Shown here piece after piece: positions 38,399-48,887 of a stretch of 64,000 nucleotides of DNA. The stretch is from NCBI GenBank assembly GCA_964540515.1, contig CAZIMS010000001.1, forward strand, positions 155,218 through 219,217, in the 5' to 3' direction. A program made the position numbers and the translations under genes. Below the pieces are notes generated by a model, which saw nothing but the letters and a program-made list of their open reading frames with translations, was not told where the DNA came from and searched no databases. This stretch comes from an uncultured Pseudomonadota bacterium (lineage in GTDB: Bacteria; CALINM01). The stretch's first letter is position 1. Each line of letters starts with the position of its first letter.

Positions 38399-40053
38399 TT
38401 ACTTTCTCCTTTCCTAAGTAGCTCTAAGGCATAATCCCTTCCCTTAGACTTTATATCGCCACCCAGCATTCGGGTAATCTCATTAACCCTATCCTCACCT
38501 ACAACCTTTCTAATAGACACTTCTATTCTACCATTTATTTCTGTCTTTTCCACTGTAATATGATTATCTCCAAAGACCGCCACCTGTGGTAAATGGGTTA
38601 TACATAGCACCTGATGCCTTTTTGAGATCTCTTTTAGTTTTCTACCTATCATCTCTGCCGTTAAACCACCAACTCCACTATCAACCTCATCAAAGATCAA
38701 TGTTCTTTTTTTCTCTTTAGGGATTGTATTTTTTATGGCAAGCATAATTCTTGAAAGCTCACCTCCAGAGGCTATCTTATTAAGAGGCTTAATCTCTTCA
38801 CTCCTGTGGGCTGTAAAATAAAACTCTATTAATTCATCACCCTTTTCTGACATCTCTTCTGGATAACTTGTTGCTATTTTTTTTATGACAACCTGAAAGT
38901 CTGCCTTTTCCATACCTAAATCTTTTAACTCTTTAACAACTTGTTTCTCAAAGACTTCCTTTTTTTCGAGTCTAATCTTTGATAACTGATCCATTACTCT
39001 TTTAATCTCTTCTCTTAAATTGTTTAGCCTTTTTTCGATGTCCCCTTTATAAACATCCAAATTTTTAAGTCTTTCAAGTCTCTCTTTTAGTTCTACTGAG
39101 GTTTTCTTAATCTCTGATATGGAGTTACCATATTTCTTCTTTAATTTATAGATGATATTAAGCCTTTCTTCGATCTCCTCAAGAGGTAATGTCTCCTCGG
39201 AGACCTTTTCAATAAAGTTTTTTATCTCTAAAGAATAGCTTTTAATCTCTTCCCTTTTTGTCTCAAGCTCTCGGCCTAACTTTTCTATCTCCGTCCCTTC
39301 TAAAGGAAGATCAGAGACAAGCCTTTCTGATTTTGAGATATTATCATAGACTGAGCAATCTCCTTCATATAGGTACTGATAGGCAATTGATAAGTTTTTA
39401 ATAATCTTTTCTCTTAGCATAAGTATCTCTTTTTTTTGTTTTAAATGCTCCTCTTCCTTGTCATCATTAAGATTTGCATTTTCAATCTCTTCTATCTGAA
39501 AGGATAAAAAATCAATCTCTTTCTCTCTCTCTTTTACTTTAGATATTATCTCATCAAGCTCCCTTCTAATCTCTTTTGCTTTCTTTAGTAAATTAGACAA
39601 CTCTTCCCGCAACTTTTCAACATTACAATAAAGATCAAACATCTCAAGATGATATTCGGCATTATAAAGCTCTCTCTCTTCACTTTGGCCATAGATATGA
39701 AGAAGTTTCTCTAAAAGAGAGGTTAGCCTTGTCTGAGTGGTAAGGGAATCATTTATATAATTTCTGCTTTTCCCGTCTTTTTGAATAACCTTCTTTAAGA
39801 TTATTTGCTCTTCATCTACCTCTTCAAAATCTAAGAGCATCTCTTCTCTCTCAAATACTGCTTCAACAATAGCCTTCTCTTCTCCAGTTCTTACAAAATC
39901 AGCACCACCCCTGTAAAAAAAAATAAGAAGGGCATCTACTAAAAGGGACTTACCAGCTCCTGTCTCACCTGTAAGAACATTTAGCCCTTCCTCAAAGGTA
40001 ACCTCTGCAGAGTTGATTATGGCAAAGTTTTTTACCCTAAGCTGATAAAGCAT
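38392..40053 (-). CDS. recN: DNA repair protein RecN
   Basis: 553 aa. SMC-like: N-terminal Walker A GETGAGKS, long coiled coil, C-terminal signature and D-loop. Confidence 0.9.
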   Translation of the reverse strand: MLYQLRVKNFAIINSAEVTFEEGLNVLTGETGAGKSLLVDALLIFFYRGGADFVRTGEEKAIVEAVFEREEMLLDFEEVDEEQIILKKVIQKDGKSRNYINDSLTTQTRLTSLLEKLLHIYGQSEERELYNAEYHLEMFDLYCNVEKLREELSNLLKKAKEIRRELDEIISKVKEREKEIDFLSFQIEEIENANLNDDKEEEHLKQKKEILMLREKIIKNLSIAYQYLYEGDCSVYDNISKSERLVSDLPLEGTEIEKLGRELETKREEIKSYSLEIKNFIEKVSEETLPLEEIEERLNIIYKLKKKYGNSISEIKKTSVELKERLERLKNLDVYKGDIEKRLNNLREEIKRVMDQLSKIRLEKKEVFEKQVVKELKDLGMEKADFQVVIKKIATSYPEEMSEKGDELIEFYFTAHRSEEIKPLNKIASGGELSRIMLAIKNTIPKEKKRTLIFDEVDSGVGGLTAEMIGRKLKEISKRHQVLCITHLPQVAVFGDNHITVEKTEINGRIEVSIRKVVGEDRVNEITRMLGGDIKSKGRDYALELLRKGESNC

Positions 40054-40871
40054 TACCTAATACCCCAGTGAAGTTTTGTCCTTAATATCTCGAAATAGTT
40101 TTTTGTAGGTGCTTTAACAATAGAGGTAAAAATATTTGAATCTTTAATTATAACTTCATCTTTTTTCTTTAGTTTTATCCCTTCCTGACCATCAAGAGTA
40201 AGAAAAACATCTGCATCACTGTTAATAATAGTTTTTATCTCAGAATCACCTGATATGACAATAGGTCTATTCGTGAGTGTATGGGGACAGATAGGACAAA
40301 GTATCATACATTTCAGTTCAGGTGTTAAGATGGGGCCGCCCGCAGAAAGGCCATAGGCAGTAGAACCTGTTGGAGTAGAGATTATTAAACCATCTGCCCG
40401 AAGGGAATATAAAAACTCATCGTTAACAAAGGTATTTATCTCTATAATTCTTGCTAAATCGCCTTTATTTATCACACAGTCATTTAAGACAGTATCTTTT
40501 TTTAACTCCTTATCGTCTCTCAAGACCAACACATCGAGCATCATCCTTTTGGAGATCTCATAATTTCCTTTAAGATAGTAGTCTTCAAAGGCTTTAAAGG
40601 CCTCTTCAGGGGATAGTTCCGTCAAAAAACCAAGCCCCCCCATGTTAATTCCTACGATAGGAATATTGCTCCCCTTTATAGTTCTTGCCGTATGTATTAA
40701 TGTTCCATCTCCTCCTATAACTACAATAAAATCACTGCCAGAAACTTCTTCTATTGAAAAGAAATTATCAAAAATTTTTGATAAAAGGTTTCTTTCCTCC
40801 AACCATTTGCTAAATTTTCTCGCATATATACGAGCCTTCTCGCTTTTCTTAGGAATAATGGCAATCTTCAT
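40053..40871 (-). CDS. nadK: NAD kinase
   Basis: 272 aa. GGDGTLIHTAR motif. Translationally coupled to recN. Confidence 0.85.
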   Translation of the reverse strand: MKIAIIPKKSEKARIYARKFSKWLEERNLLSKIFDNFFSIEEVSGSDFIVVIGGDGTLIHTARTIKGSNIPIVGINMGGLGFLTELSPEEAFKAFEDYYLKGNYEISKRMMLDVLVLRDDKELKKDTVLNDCVINKGDLARIIEINTFVNDEFLYSLRADGLIISTPTGSTAYGLSAGGPILTPELKCMILCPICPHTLTNRPIVISGDSEIKTIINSDADVFLTLDGQEGIKLKKKDEVIIKDSNIFTSIVKAPTKNYFEILRTKLHWGIR

Positions 40872-40979
40872 AATGAAATTTGTAGCACAAAAAAAAATAA
40901 AAATGAAATAAAAAAATCTTGACTTAATTACTCATTTTTTTTAAAAGTATAACATAAAAATTTAGGAGAAAAATAATAG

Positions 40980-41435
40980 ATGAAACTTTCAACTAAGATA
41001 CGATATGGTGTACGAGCTGTTTTTGATTTAGCCTATCACTGTTCAGGTAGTACAGGACAGGTAAAAGATATAGCAGAAAGACAAGACATATCTCCACGTT
41101 ATCTCGAGCAGATCTTTCATAGATTAAAAAAGGCTGGCATTGTAAAAAGCGAAAGAGGTCCAAAGGGTGGTTATACCCTTTTAAAAAACCCCTATAATAT
41201 TACTATCGGTGATATATACAGAGCAACGGAAGGTCCCTTTGCCCTTGTAAGCTGCAAGAAGCCAAATTCTAAGTGCAAAAAGATAGAAGACTGTGTTGCT
41301 CAACCCATTTGGGACATGATCTCAAGAGATGTTGAGAGAATTTTTGACAGCGTTACAATAGCCAAGCTCTGTGAGATCGCAGAGAGCTTAAAAATACCAC
41401 GCGAGATAGAAAAAAAATATATGTATTTTATTTAA
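40980..41435 (+). CDS. Rrf2-family transcriptional regulator (three-Cys, probably Fe-S sensing)
   Basis: 151 aa. N-terminal wHTH MKLSTKIRYGVRAVFDLA. Cys ligand cluster C-x7-C-x5-C (VSCKKPNSKCKKIEDC). Confidence 0.8.
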   Translation: MKLSTKIRYGVRAVFDLAYHCSGSTGQVKDIAERQDISPRYLEQIFHRLKKAGIVKSERGPKGGYTLLKNPYNITIGDIYRATEGPFALVSCKKPNSKCKKIEDCVAQPIWDMISRDVERIFDSVTIAKLCEIAESLKIPREIEKKYMYFI

Positions 41436-42276
41436 AGACTTTTAAAACCGCTGAGAAGTCAAGCTCCTCCTCTTTATTTTTATAAGTTAAACCAAATAAC
41501 TCTTTTGTCACGCTACCCAAGAATAGAGGTGATTTAAGCTCTCTCGCAAGGTCTTGCAAATAATGTAAATCTTTATAAATCAAGGCACTGGAAAAATGAG
41601 GAGAGAAATCTTCTTTAATTAGTTTTTCCTTCTTAGCGTTTAAAACCATTGAGTTACCAGCCCCTTTAAGAAGTATCTCTATTAAAAGCTCTCTATTTAT
41701 TCCTGCCTTATCCCCTATGTTTATGGCCTCAGATATGGAAGCCATAAAAACCCCTAATAGAAGGTTGTTTATAAGTTTTATCTTTGATGCAAGACCTTCT
41801 TCCTTTACATAAAATATGTTGCTTCCTAAAATTTTGAGATAGGGCAAAGCATTATTATAGGCACCTTCTTCACCACTAACTATAATAGTTAGATTTCCTG
41901 TTGAGGCTGGTACAACACTTCCCAGTACTGGTGCTTCTAAATAATAGCCACCTTTTTCTTTTATGCTCTTATGAAAATCCAGTACTTTTACGTTATGATT
42001 AGTTGATGTGTCGATTATAATCTTGCCTTGAATATCTGAAGAGAGAAGACCATCTTCCATTTTTAAGACATTCTCTACAGCATTACTATCAAAGAGATTT
42101 AAAAATACTATCTCATTTTGGTCTACTAAACTTTTTACCTTATCAATATAGGGGGCATTTACACTTTTAGCCTTCTCTCTCGTTCTATTCCATATATTAA
42201 TATCAACCCCTTCTGACATCAACCTTGTTATCATTGCCCTACCTAAATTACCCAGCCCTATAAATCCTGCTTTCAT
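41428..42276 (-). CDS. NAD(P)-dependent oxidoreductase, 3-hydroxyisobutyrate/6-phosphogluconate dehydrogenase family
   Basis: 282 aa. MKAGFIGLGNLGRAM Rossmann motif. NAD_binding_2 and NAD_binding_11 domains. Confidence 0.7.
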   Translation of the reverse strand: MKAGFIGLGNLGRAMITRLMSEGVDINIWNRTREKAKSVNAPYIDKVKSLVDQNEIVFLNLFDSNAVENVLKMEDGLLSSDIQGKIIIDTSTNHNVKVLDFHKSIKEKGGYYLEAPVLGSVVPASTGNLTIIVSGEEGAYNNALPYLKILGSNIFYVKEEGLASKIKLINNLLLGVFMASISEAINIGDKAGINRELLIEILLKGAGNSMVLNAKKEKLIKEDFSPHFSSALIYKDLHYLQDLARELKSPLFLGSVTKELFGLTYKNKEEELDFSAVLKVFK

Positions 42277-42349
42277 TTGTACCTCCCTAAAGATATAATA
42301 GAAAATAGTTTATTTCATTAATATTAGAAAGTTAAGTTAAAATATTCCC

Positions 42350-45226
42350 ATGAAATACAAATTTTTTTTGTTTTTTTCTATATTTTTTCTAATCCTACCA
42401 ATCAATAGTTTTGCCTTTAAGATTGTAGATCCCTCAGATAATTATAAAGTTATAGAGACAGATAATTTTAACTTTTATTACCCACCAAGACTTAAAAGCA
42501 CTGCCTATTATTTTGCTAACCTTTCAGAATCTATTGAGAAAGAGCTAACAAAAACATTAAAACTAAAAAATTATGAAAAAACCCATGTGGTACTTCTTGA
42601 CTATAGTGATAATTTAGATGGTCTATCGACAAACCTGCCTTACAACAGGATTTATCTAAATCTAACCCAACCAGATATCTTTTCCACTGTTGGTGAGTTT
42701 AATAATTATCTGCTTAATTTGTTTGTCCATGAGTACTTACATATACTTCTTTTGGATGCCCAAAAGGGATTTTCTGAAACAACAAGATCTATCTTTGGCA
42801 AACCAGCTATACCCTTTGAAAATCCAACGGCCCTCCCTTTCTTCCTTGTAATAGCTCCGCCTAATATTTTTTTGCCTCCTTGGTATCATGAGGGTTTTTC
42901 AACTTTTGGTGAGACCTACTTCACAGGCAAGGGTAGGGGAAACTTCTCCCTAATAGATTCCTATTTTAGAGCCTCAATTAAGGATAATAAACTATTAAAA
43001 ATAGACGAGATAAATGGAGATATAGGCAGATATCCCTATGGCCATGCCCCCTACTGGTGGGGACAAAAGGTCTTTGAGTATATAGAGAAAAAATATGGTA
43101 TTGAAAAGATTGGAGAGCTCATAGAAGACCACTCAAGCAGGTTCCCCTATTTTATAAACGCTGTTCCCCTTAGAAAATTTAATAAAAACTATTTGGAAAT
43201 CTATAATAGTGCAATAACTGAAGAGCTAGATAGACAAAAAAGAAATATTGATATACTAACCTCTTCCTCTCTAACAGTCTTTGAGCCTCTTTCATTGAAC
43301 TATGAAAGTATAAACTCCTTTGCCTTCTCGGGAGATAATAAACTACTTGCTATTGATGCCTTCGATCCTCACTCAGGCAATAGGCTTGTAGTCTACAAAT
43401 TACCAAACTATGAAAAGGTTCTTGACATAAAAAAACAACCCTCCTGTGGTAGCCTTATTTTTTCTAAAGATAGTAAAAAGATATATTTTACCCAGCTTAT
43501 ATTCAAAGATATCACAAAGAGACAGCAAGACATATTTGAGCTTAATTTAGAAGATAAAAATATAAAAAAACTAACAACTAACTTGCGTGTAAAAGATCTT
43601 TCTTACGATGAGCATAATGATGTATTTATAGGTATACAAAGAGAAAGCATAGTAGAAAATTTGGTTATCTTAGATAAAAATTTCTCTGTAGAAAAGCTTA
43701 CAGATTATAAAGAGAGCTATCTTTTGTCCCATCCAAGTCTCTCAAGGGATAACGAAAAGATTGTCTATATAAAAAAAGAGCTCAAAGGCACCTACTTTAT
43801 TACCCTCTATAACAGAAAAAACAAAAACATCGTTGAGATATATAAAAGCAATGAACAGTTAGCATTTCCTTTTTTCTCGGAGGATAGTAAAAAAATCCTA
43901 TTTGTAACGGATAGAAGTGGTGTCTTTAATTTGGCAGAGATTGATCTTGATAAAGGAGATGTAAATATCTTAACAAACCATTTTTATGGTATATTAAAAC
44001 CCATTTATAAAGAAGACTTTTTATATTTTCTTTATCCTAAAAGTAGTGGTTATGGTTTGGGAAGAACCAAAAAAGCATCTATCTACCCCCAAACTCCTGC
44101 TGTAATCAACAAAATTAGTTACCCTAATAGATTAGAGATTAAAGAGTCAAATAAAGAGTTTATAGAAAAAAGCTATAGCCCTACTGAAACACTTATGCCA
44201 AGATTTTTTCTCCCCAATATCTTTTCAGACCATGAAGGAACTGTTCTTGGCATCTTTACAGCTAATCAAGACGTATTAGGAAAACATACCTATTTTTTAG
44301 AGATCGCCTATGGTCTTTTGAGCTTTGATTTATATTATAAGCTTTCCTATGTAAATGAGTCATATAAACCCTCTATTAAGCTTTTGAGTTATTCCCAGCC
44401 AGTCTTATATTATAATTTCTATAGAATTGCTGATTTTTGGGAAAGAGAAAGTGCTCTTGACTTATTCTTCGACTTTAAGTTGCCCCTTCCTAAGTCTCCA
44501 AAGCTAAAATTAGGTCTACATTTAGAAGATAAATCCCCTCTCTCAGAACTTTATAACAGCTCTTTCTTTGGAATACCTATATTTAAAGGACAAAAAAACT
44601 ATCTCTATCTAACTTTTTCCTATGGTAGACTTACAAAGGCACCTCTTTCTTTAGGGTTAGAGTCAGGTTACAAATTAGAGTTAACCTATAATAAATACCT
44701 TGACTTATTAGGTTCTGACATTAAAGGTTATGAGTTATTATTATCTCTAGATAAATACTTTCAGATAGGTGAGATAGTTAACCACAGAACTTTCTATCTT
44801 GATTTTAATGTTGGCTACTCTAAAGAGACTAAGACAGCCCAAAACGCCTTTTCTCTTGGTGGTATACCTTCAATCACAAACCCATTTTATCTAAGAGGTT
44901 ATCCACACAACTTTCTTACAGGATCATATATATCAACTTTAACATTTGAATATAAAAATCCCCTATCATATATATTCAGAGGTCCTGACACAAAACCTAT
45001 CTTCCTTGAGAAGTTATATAATGTTATCTTTACTGACATGGGAAATGTTTGGAGTGACCATAGCTCTTTTAAATTTAATGAGATTAGGCAAAGTATCGGC
45101 TTGGAGATTAGAGCCGATGCTACAATAGGATACTGGGCAAAGATAACCCCTATATTAGGCATTGCTCGAGGACTTAACAAAGATGGGGCAACACAGTTAT
45201 ATTTTAATATAATATCAAACTTTTAG
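42350..45226 (+). CDS. secreted multidomain protein: HExxH zincin-like domain + PD40/TolB-like beta-propeller + C-terminal Omp85/TpsB-like beta-barrel
   Basis: 958 aa. Signal peptide MKYKFFLFFSIFFLILPINSFA. VHEYLHILL HExxH with downstream HEGFS. Central alternating beta-strand repeats (VYKLPNYEKVLDIK..., KIVYIKKELKG..., KILFVTDRSG...). C-terminal ~350 aa of amphipathic beta-strands ending in ...LYFNIISNF (OMP-type terminal Phe). Confidence 0.5.
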   Translation: MKYKFFLFFSIFFLILPINSFAFKIVDPSDNYKVIETDNFNFYYPPRLKSTAYYFANLSESIEKELTKTLKLKNYEKTHVVLLDYSDNLDGLSTNLPYNRIYLNLTQPDIFSTVGEFNNYLLNLFVHEYLHILLLDAQKGFSETTRSIFGKPAIPFENPTALPFFLVIAPPNIFLPPWYHEGFSTFGETYFTGKGRGNFSLIDSYFRASIKDNKLLKIDEINGDIGRYPYGHAPYWWGQKVFEYIEKKYGIEKIGELIEDHSSRFPYFINAVPLRKFNKNYLEIYNSAITEELDRQKRNIDILTSSSLTVFEPLSLNYESINSFAFSGDNKLLAIDAFDPHSGNRLVVYKLPNYEKVLDIKKQPSCGSLIFSKDSKKIYFTQLIFKDITKRQQDIFELNLEDKNIKKLTTNLRVKDLSYDEHNDVFIGIQRESIVENLVILDKNFSVEKLTDYKESYLLSHPSLSRDNEKIVYIKKELKGTYFITLYNRKNKNIVEIYKSNEQLAFPFFSEDSKKILFVTDRSGVFNLAEIDLDKGDVNILTNHFYGILKPIYKEDFLYFLYPKSSGYGLGRTKKASIYPQTPAVINKISYPNRLEIKESNKEFIEKSYSPTETLMPRFFLPNIFSDHEGTVLGIFTANQDVLGKHTYFLEIAYGLLSFDLYYKLSYVNESYKPSIKLLSYSQPVLYYNFYRIADFWERESALDLFFDFKLPLPKSPKLKLGLHLEDKSPLSELYNSSFFGIPIFKGQKNYLYLTFSYGRLTKAPLSLGLESGYKLELTYNKYLDLLGSDIKGYELLLSLDKYFQIGEIVNHRTFYLDFNVGYSKETKTAQNAFSLGGIPSITNPFYLRGYPHNFLTGSYISTLTFEYKNPLSYIFRGPDTKPIFLEKLYNVIFTDMGNVWSDHSSFKFNEIRQSIGLEIRADATIGYWAKITPILGIARGLNKDGATQLYFNIISNF

Positions 45227-45235
45227 GATGGTTAT

Positions 45236-46183
45236 ATGAATATACTTGTAGTAGGTCTTGGGGCTATAGGTACCGTTTTTGCCACATTTCTTAAATCAGC
45301 AGGTCATAGTGTATATGGGTTGACAAAAGAAAAATACCTGAAGATATTAAAAAAGGGGTTAACTGTTACAGGAATATTTGGTGATAGGAAGGTTTTACTC
45401 GATGACGTAGTAGAAAGTCCTCAAGCTCTTTCAAATATAAACTTTGACCTTATTATTATCGCTGTAAAATCCTTTGATACAGAGAAAGCCATAAGTGATA
45501 TAAAAGGACTAATGGCAAAGGATAGCTTCCTCTTGACTGCTCAAAACGGTTATGGTAATTACGAAACCGCTGGAAGAATATTAGGCTTTGATAAAGTAAT
45601 ACTTGGAAGAGTAATCTTTGGCTCCCGACTTATTGAGCATGGTTCAGCTGAAGTTACTGTAATTGCTGATGATGTAATTATTGGAAACCCCCACAGACTG
45701 ATAGACGAGGGAATCTTGAAAAACATTGCCCAGATGATTAATGAAGCTGGCATCCCCACTTCATATTCCGATAGGGTCTATCAGATATTGTGGGATAAAA
45801 TACTTTATAACTGTGCCTTAAACCCCTTAGGAGCCCTTTTAAGGTGCAACTACGGCAAGTTAGCAGAGGATGAAAATGCAAGAAAAGTAATGAATAAGAT
45901 CATTGAAGAGATCTTTTACGTAACCAAAGCCAACAATATAGAACTAAACTGGCAAAATAAGGATGATTATATTAAACACTTTTATGAAAAACTAATACCA
46001 CCAACAAGAGAGCACTTCCCTTCTATGTATTATGATATAATCTCAAACAAAAGAACTGAGATTGATGCTTTAAACGGTGCTATTGTCAAACTTGCCAACG
46101 TAAAGAATATACTTGCTCCAACAAATGAAGATATAACACTATTAATTAAGGCTATAGAAAAAATAAAAAAGGAAGAGAGATGA
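45236..46183 (+). CDS. panE: 2-dehydropantoate 2-reductase (ketopantoate reductase)
   Basis: 315 aa. MNILVVGLGAIGTVFA Rossmann motif and ApbA C-terminal domain. Second PanE-family gene in the window. Confidence 0.7.
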   Translation: MNILVVGLGAIGTVFATFLKSAGHSVYGLTKEKYLKILKKGLTVTGIFGDRKVLLDDVVESPQALSNINFDLIIIAVKSFDTEKAISDIKGLMAKDSFLLTAQNGYGNYETAGRILGFDKVILGRVIFGSRLIEHGSAEVTVIADDVIIGNPHRLIDEGILKNIAQMINEAGIPTSYSDRVYQILWDKILYNCALNPLGALLRCNYGKLAEDENARKVMNKIIEEIFYVTKANNIELNWQNKDDYIKHFYEKLIPPTREHFPSMYYDIISNKRTEIDALNGAIVKLANVKNILAPTNEDITLLIKAIEKIKKEER

Positions 46184-48822
46184 GAATGAACTGGTATACA
46201 AAAGAGATAGAAGAGATTTATCAAACCTTAAATAGCACTTCTTACGGTCTATCCTATGCAGAGGCCAAAAGGCGTCTTGAAGAGGATGGTTTAAACGAGC
46301 TAAAGGCAAAGAAGAGAAAGACGCCTCTAATAATGATCTTAAACCAGTTTAAAGATCTACTAATAATTATTCTTATTATTTCTGCAATCATAGCTGGCAC
46401 CTTAGGAAAGCCCATAGACTCTCTTGCTATACTTGCCATCGTAGTTCTTAACGCAATAATAGGTTTTCTTCAGGAATATAAAGCAGAACGGGCAATTGAA
46501 GCACTAAAAAAGCTTTCTACACCCTTTACCACCGTAATAAGAGAAGGAAAAGCAACAACAATCCCTGCTAATGAGCTTGTGACAGGAGATATTGTACTAC
46601 TCGAAGCAGGGCAGATAGTACCTGCCGATATAAGATTAATTGAATCAGCGAACCTTAAGATTGATGAATCTATATTAACAGGAGAGTCAGTACCTGTTGA
46701 AAAAGATATAAGAAAGCTATCGGAGATAGATCTACCTCTTGGAGACAGAAAAAATATGGTCTATCAAGGTACGATAATCACCTATGGCAGAGGAAAAGGG
46801 ATAGTTGTTGCCACAGCAATGAATACAGAGATGGGTAAGATAGCCTCTCTTTTACAAGAAGATATTGACACAAAAACACCTCTTCAGCAAAGACTTAATG
46901 TTTTCAGTAAAAAATTAGCTGTTGTAATACTTATAATCTCTGCCATAGTCTTTTTAGCAGGCATAATAAGGGGTGAAGAGATTGTTTTTATGCTTCTTAC
47001 GGCTATAAGCTTAGCTGTTGCTGCGATACCAGAGGCTCTGCCTGCAGTAATCACCATTACCCTTGCTCTTGGTGCAAAAAAATTAGTAAAACAAAAGGCT
47101 TTGATAAGAAAACTACCTGCTGTAGAGACCTTAGGTTCTATTACCTATATATGTTCTGATAAGACAGGTACCCTTACTTTAAATAAGATGACGGTAGAAG
47201 AAATCTACACTAATAACAAAATCTTCCTTACCAATGAAATAGAGCCTTCTTTTGCGCAAAGGGATTTAAAAAATTTTTTTATAGCAATGGCTCTCTGCAA
47301 TGATACAAATAAAAACAGTGAGAATAAGATAATAGGAGACCCTACGGAGACAGCCATCTATGAGTTGGCTGAAAAGAAGGGCTTTTCAAAGGATGATTTT
47401 GAAAAAATTCTACCAAGAGTTTATGAAATTCCCTTTGACTCTGATAGAAAAACCATGACAACTATCCACGAAGATAAAGAAGGTCTATTTAACGGAAAGA
47501 CTGTAGCGATTACCAAGGGAGCAATTGAGGTCATACTTTCTAAGGCAAAAAACATCTTGATAGACAATGAACTAAGAATTATAGATCAAGAGGCTATACA
47601 CCGAACTATAGAAAAGATGGCAGGAGATGGATTAAGGATTCTTGCTTTTGGGATTAAGCTTTTTGATAGTTTTCCTGATGACACCTCCCCCGAGTACATA
47701 GAAAAGGATCTCACTATACTTGGTTTAATTGGACTTTTAGATCCACCACGAGATGAGGCAAAAACAGCCGTATCTTTGTGTAAAAAGGCAGGTATAACTC
47801 CTGTCATGATAACAGGCGATCATCCCATCACTGCAATGGTTATATCAAAAAGATTAGGAATTTTGTCGGAGACAGACAAAGATACAAAGTGTGTAATTAC
47901 TGGTAGAGAGTTAGAGAGACTACCATTAGAGGAGTTTGAAGAGCGAGTTGAAAAGATAAGGGTCTACGCAAGGGTTGCGCCTGAACAGAAGCTAAAGATT
48001 GTAAAAGCATTAAAAGATAAAGGGCAATATGTGGCTATGACTGGAGACGGAGTAAATGACGCGCCAGCCTTAAAATATGCAGATATTGGTGTTGCAATGG
48101 GGATAACTGGAACGGATGTGTCAAAAGAATCTGCCTCAATGATACTTCTTGATGATAACTTTGCTACCATTGTAAAGGCAGTTAAAGAAGGAAGAAGGAT
48201 TTTTGATAACATACTTAAGTTCATCGTCTATTCCATGACCTCTAACGCAGGAACATTATGGGCAATATTTCTTGCCCCCTTTTTTGGATTGCCTCTTCCA
48301 TTACTCCCTATACAGATTTTGTGGATGAACCTCCTTACCGATAGCCTGCCTGGTCTTTCTTTAACGGCAGAAGTCCCTGAACCCAATATTATGGAAAGAC
48401 CACCGAGAGACCCTAAGGAGGGTATTTTCTCTCAGGGAAGGGGCCTTTTTATCTTAAAATATGGGTTATTAATAGGGATATCAACTCTTTTATTTATGTA
48501 CTTCGCTAAAATAAATGATTTAAAATGGCAGACAATGATTTTTACTGCCCTTGTAATTGGCAGGATGTCTGTTGTTATTAGCGTAAGGTCTTTTATTGAC
48601 TCCGTTTTTAAAATCGGTTTCTTTTCAAATAAGGCTTTAATATTGTCCATCTTGTTAACTATTACATTACAACTCTTAATTGTTTATGTACCTGCCTTTA
48701 ATCATATATTTCACACCGAGCCCTTAAGCTTAAAAGAGCTTAAGTATACTCTTGCTTTAGCATCTATAGTCTTTATTGCTACAGAGCTTGAAAAATTAAT
48801 AAAAAAGGGAAAAAAAAGATAA
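46180..48822 (+). CDS. P-type cation-transporting ATPase (type IIA Ca2+-ATPase-like)
   Basis: 880 aa. DKTGTLT phosphorylation motif. TGDGVNDAPAL hinge. TGES actuator motif. 10 TM segments. Confidence 0.85.
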   Translation: MRMNWYTKEIEEIYQTLNSTSYGLSYAEAKRRLEEDGLNELKAKKRKTPLIMILNQFKDLLIIILIISAIIAGTLGKPIDSLAILAIVVLNAIIGFLQEYKAERAIEALKKLSTPFTTVIREGKATTIPANELVTGDIVLLEAGQIVPADIRLIESANLKIDESILTGESVPVEKDIRKLSEIDLPLGDRKNMVYQGTIITYGRGKGIVVATAMNTEMGKIASLLQEDIDTKTPLQQRLNVFSKKLAVVILIISAIVFLAGIIRGEEIVFMLLTAISLAVAAIPEALPAVITITLALGAKKLVKQKALIRKLPAVETLGSITYICSDKTGTLTLNKMTVEEIYTNNKIFLTNEIEPSFAQRDLKNFFIAMALCNDTNKNSENKIIGDPTETAIYELAEKKGFSKDDFEKILPRVYEIPFDSDRKTMTTIHEDKEGLFNGKTVAITKGAIEVILSKAKNILIDNELRIIDQEAIHRTIEKMAGDGLRILAFGIKLFDSFPDDTSPEYIEKDLTILGLIGLLDPPRDEAKTAVSLCKKAGITPVMITGDHPITAMVISKRLGILSETDKDTKCVITGRELERLPLEEFEERVEKIRVYARVAPEQKLKIVKALKDKGQYVAMTGDGVNDAPALKYADIGVAMGITGTDVSKESASMILLDDNFATIVKAVKEGRRIFDNILKFIVYSMTSNAGTLWAIFLAPFFGLPLPLLPIQILWMNLLTDSLPGLSLTAEVPEPNIMERPPRDPKEGIFSQGRGLFILKYGLLIGISTLLFMYFAKINDLKWQTMIFTALVIGRMSVVISVRSFIDSVFKIGFFSNKALILSILLTITLQLLIVYVPAFNHIFHTEPLSLKELKYTLALASIVFIATELEKLIKKGKKR

Positions 48823-48834
48823 AAAATTTAAGGC

Positions 48835-48861
48835 TTGCAGTTGATTTTTTTATGATATAAT
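48835..48861 (+). promoter_or_regulatory. sigma70-type promoter with extended -10 (TTGCAG-15nt-TGaTATAAT) for the trp operon
   Basis: TTGCAG at 48835-48840 and TGATATAAT at 48853-48861. It sits 27 nt upstream of the trpE Shine-Dalgarno sequence. Confidence 0.4.
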
Positions 48862-48887
48862 CTCTCAATTAATTACAGGGGGCTTAT

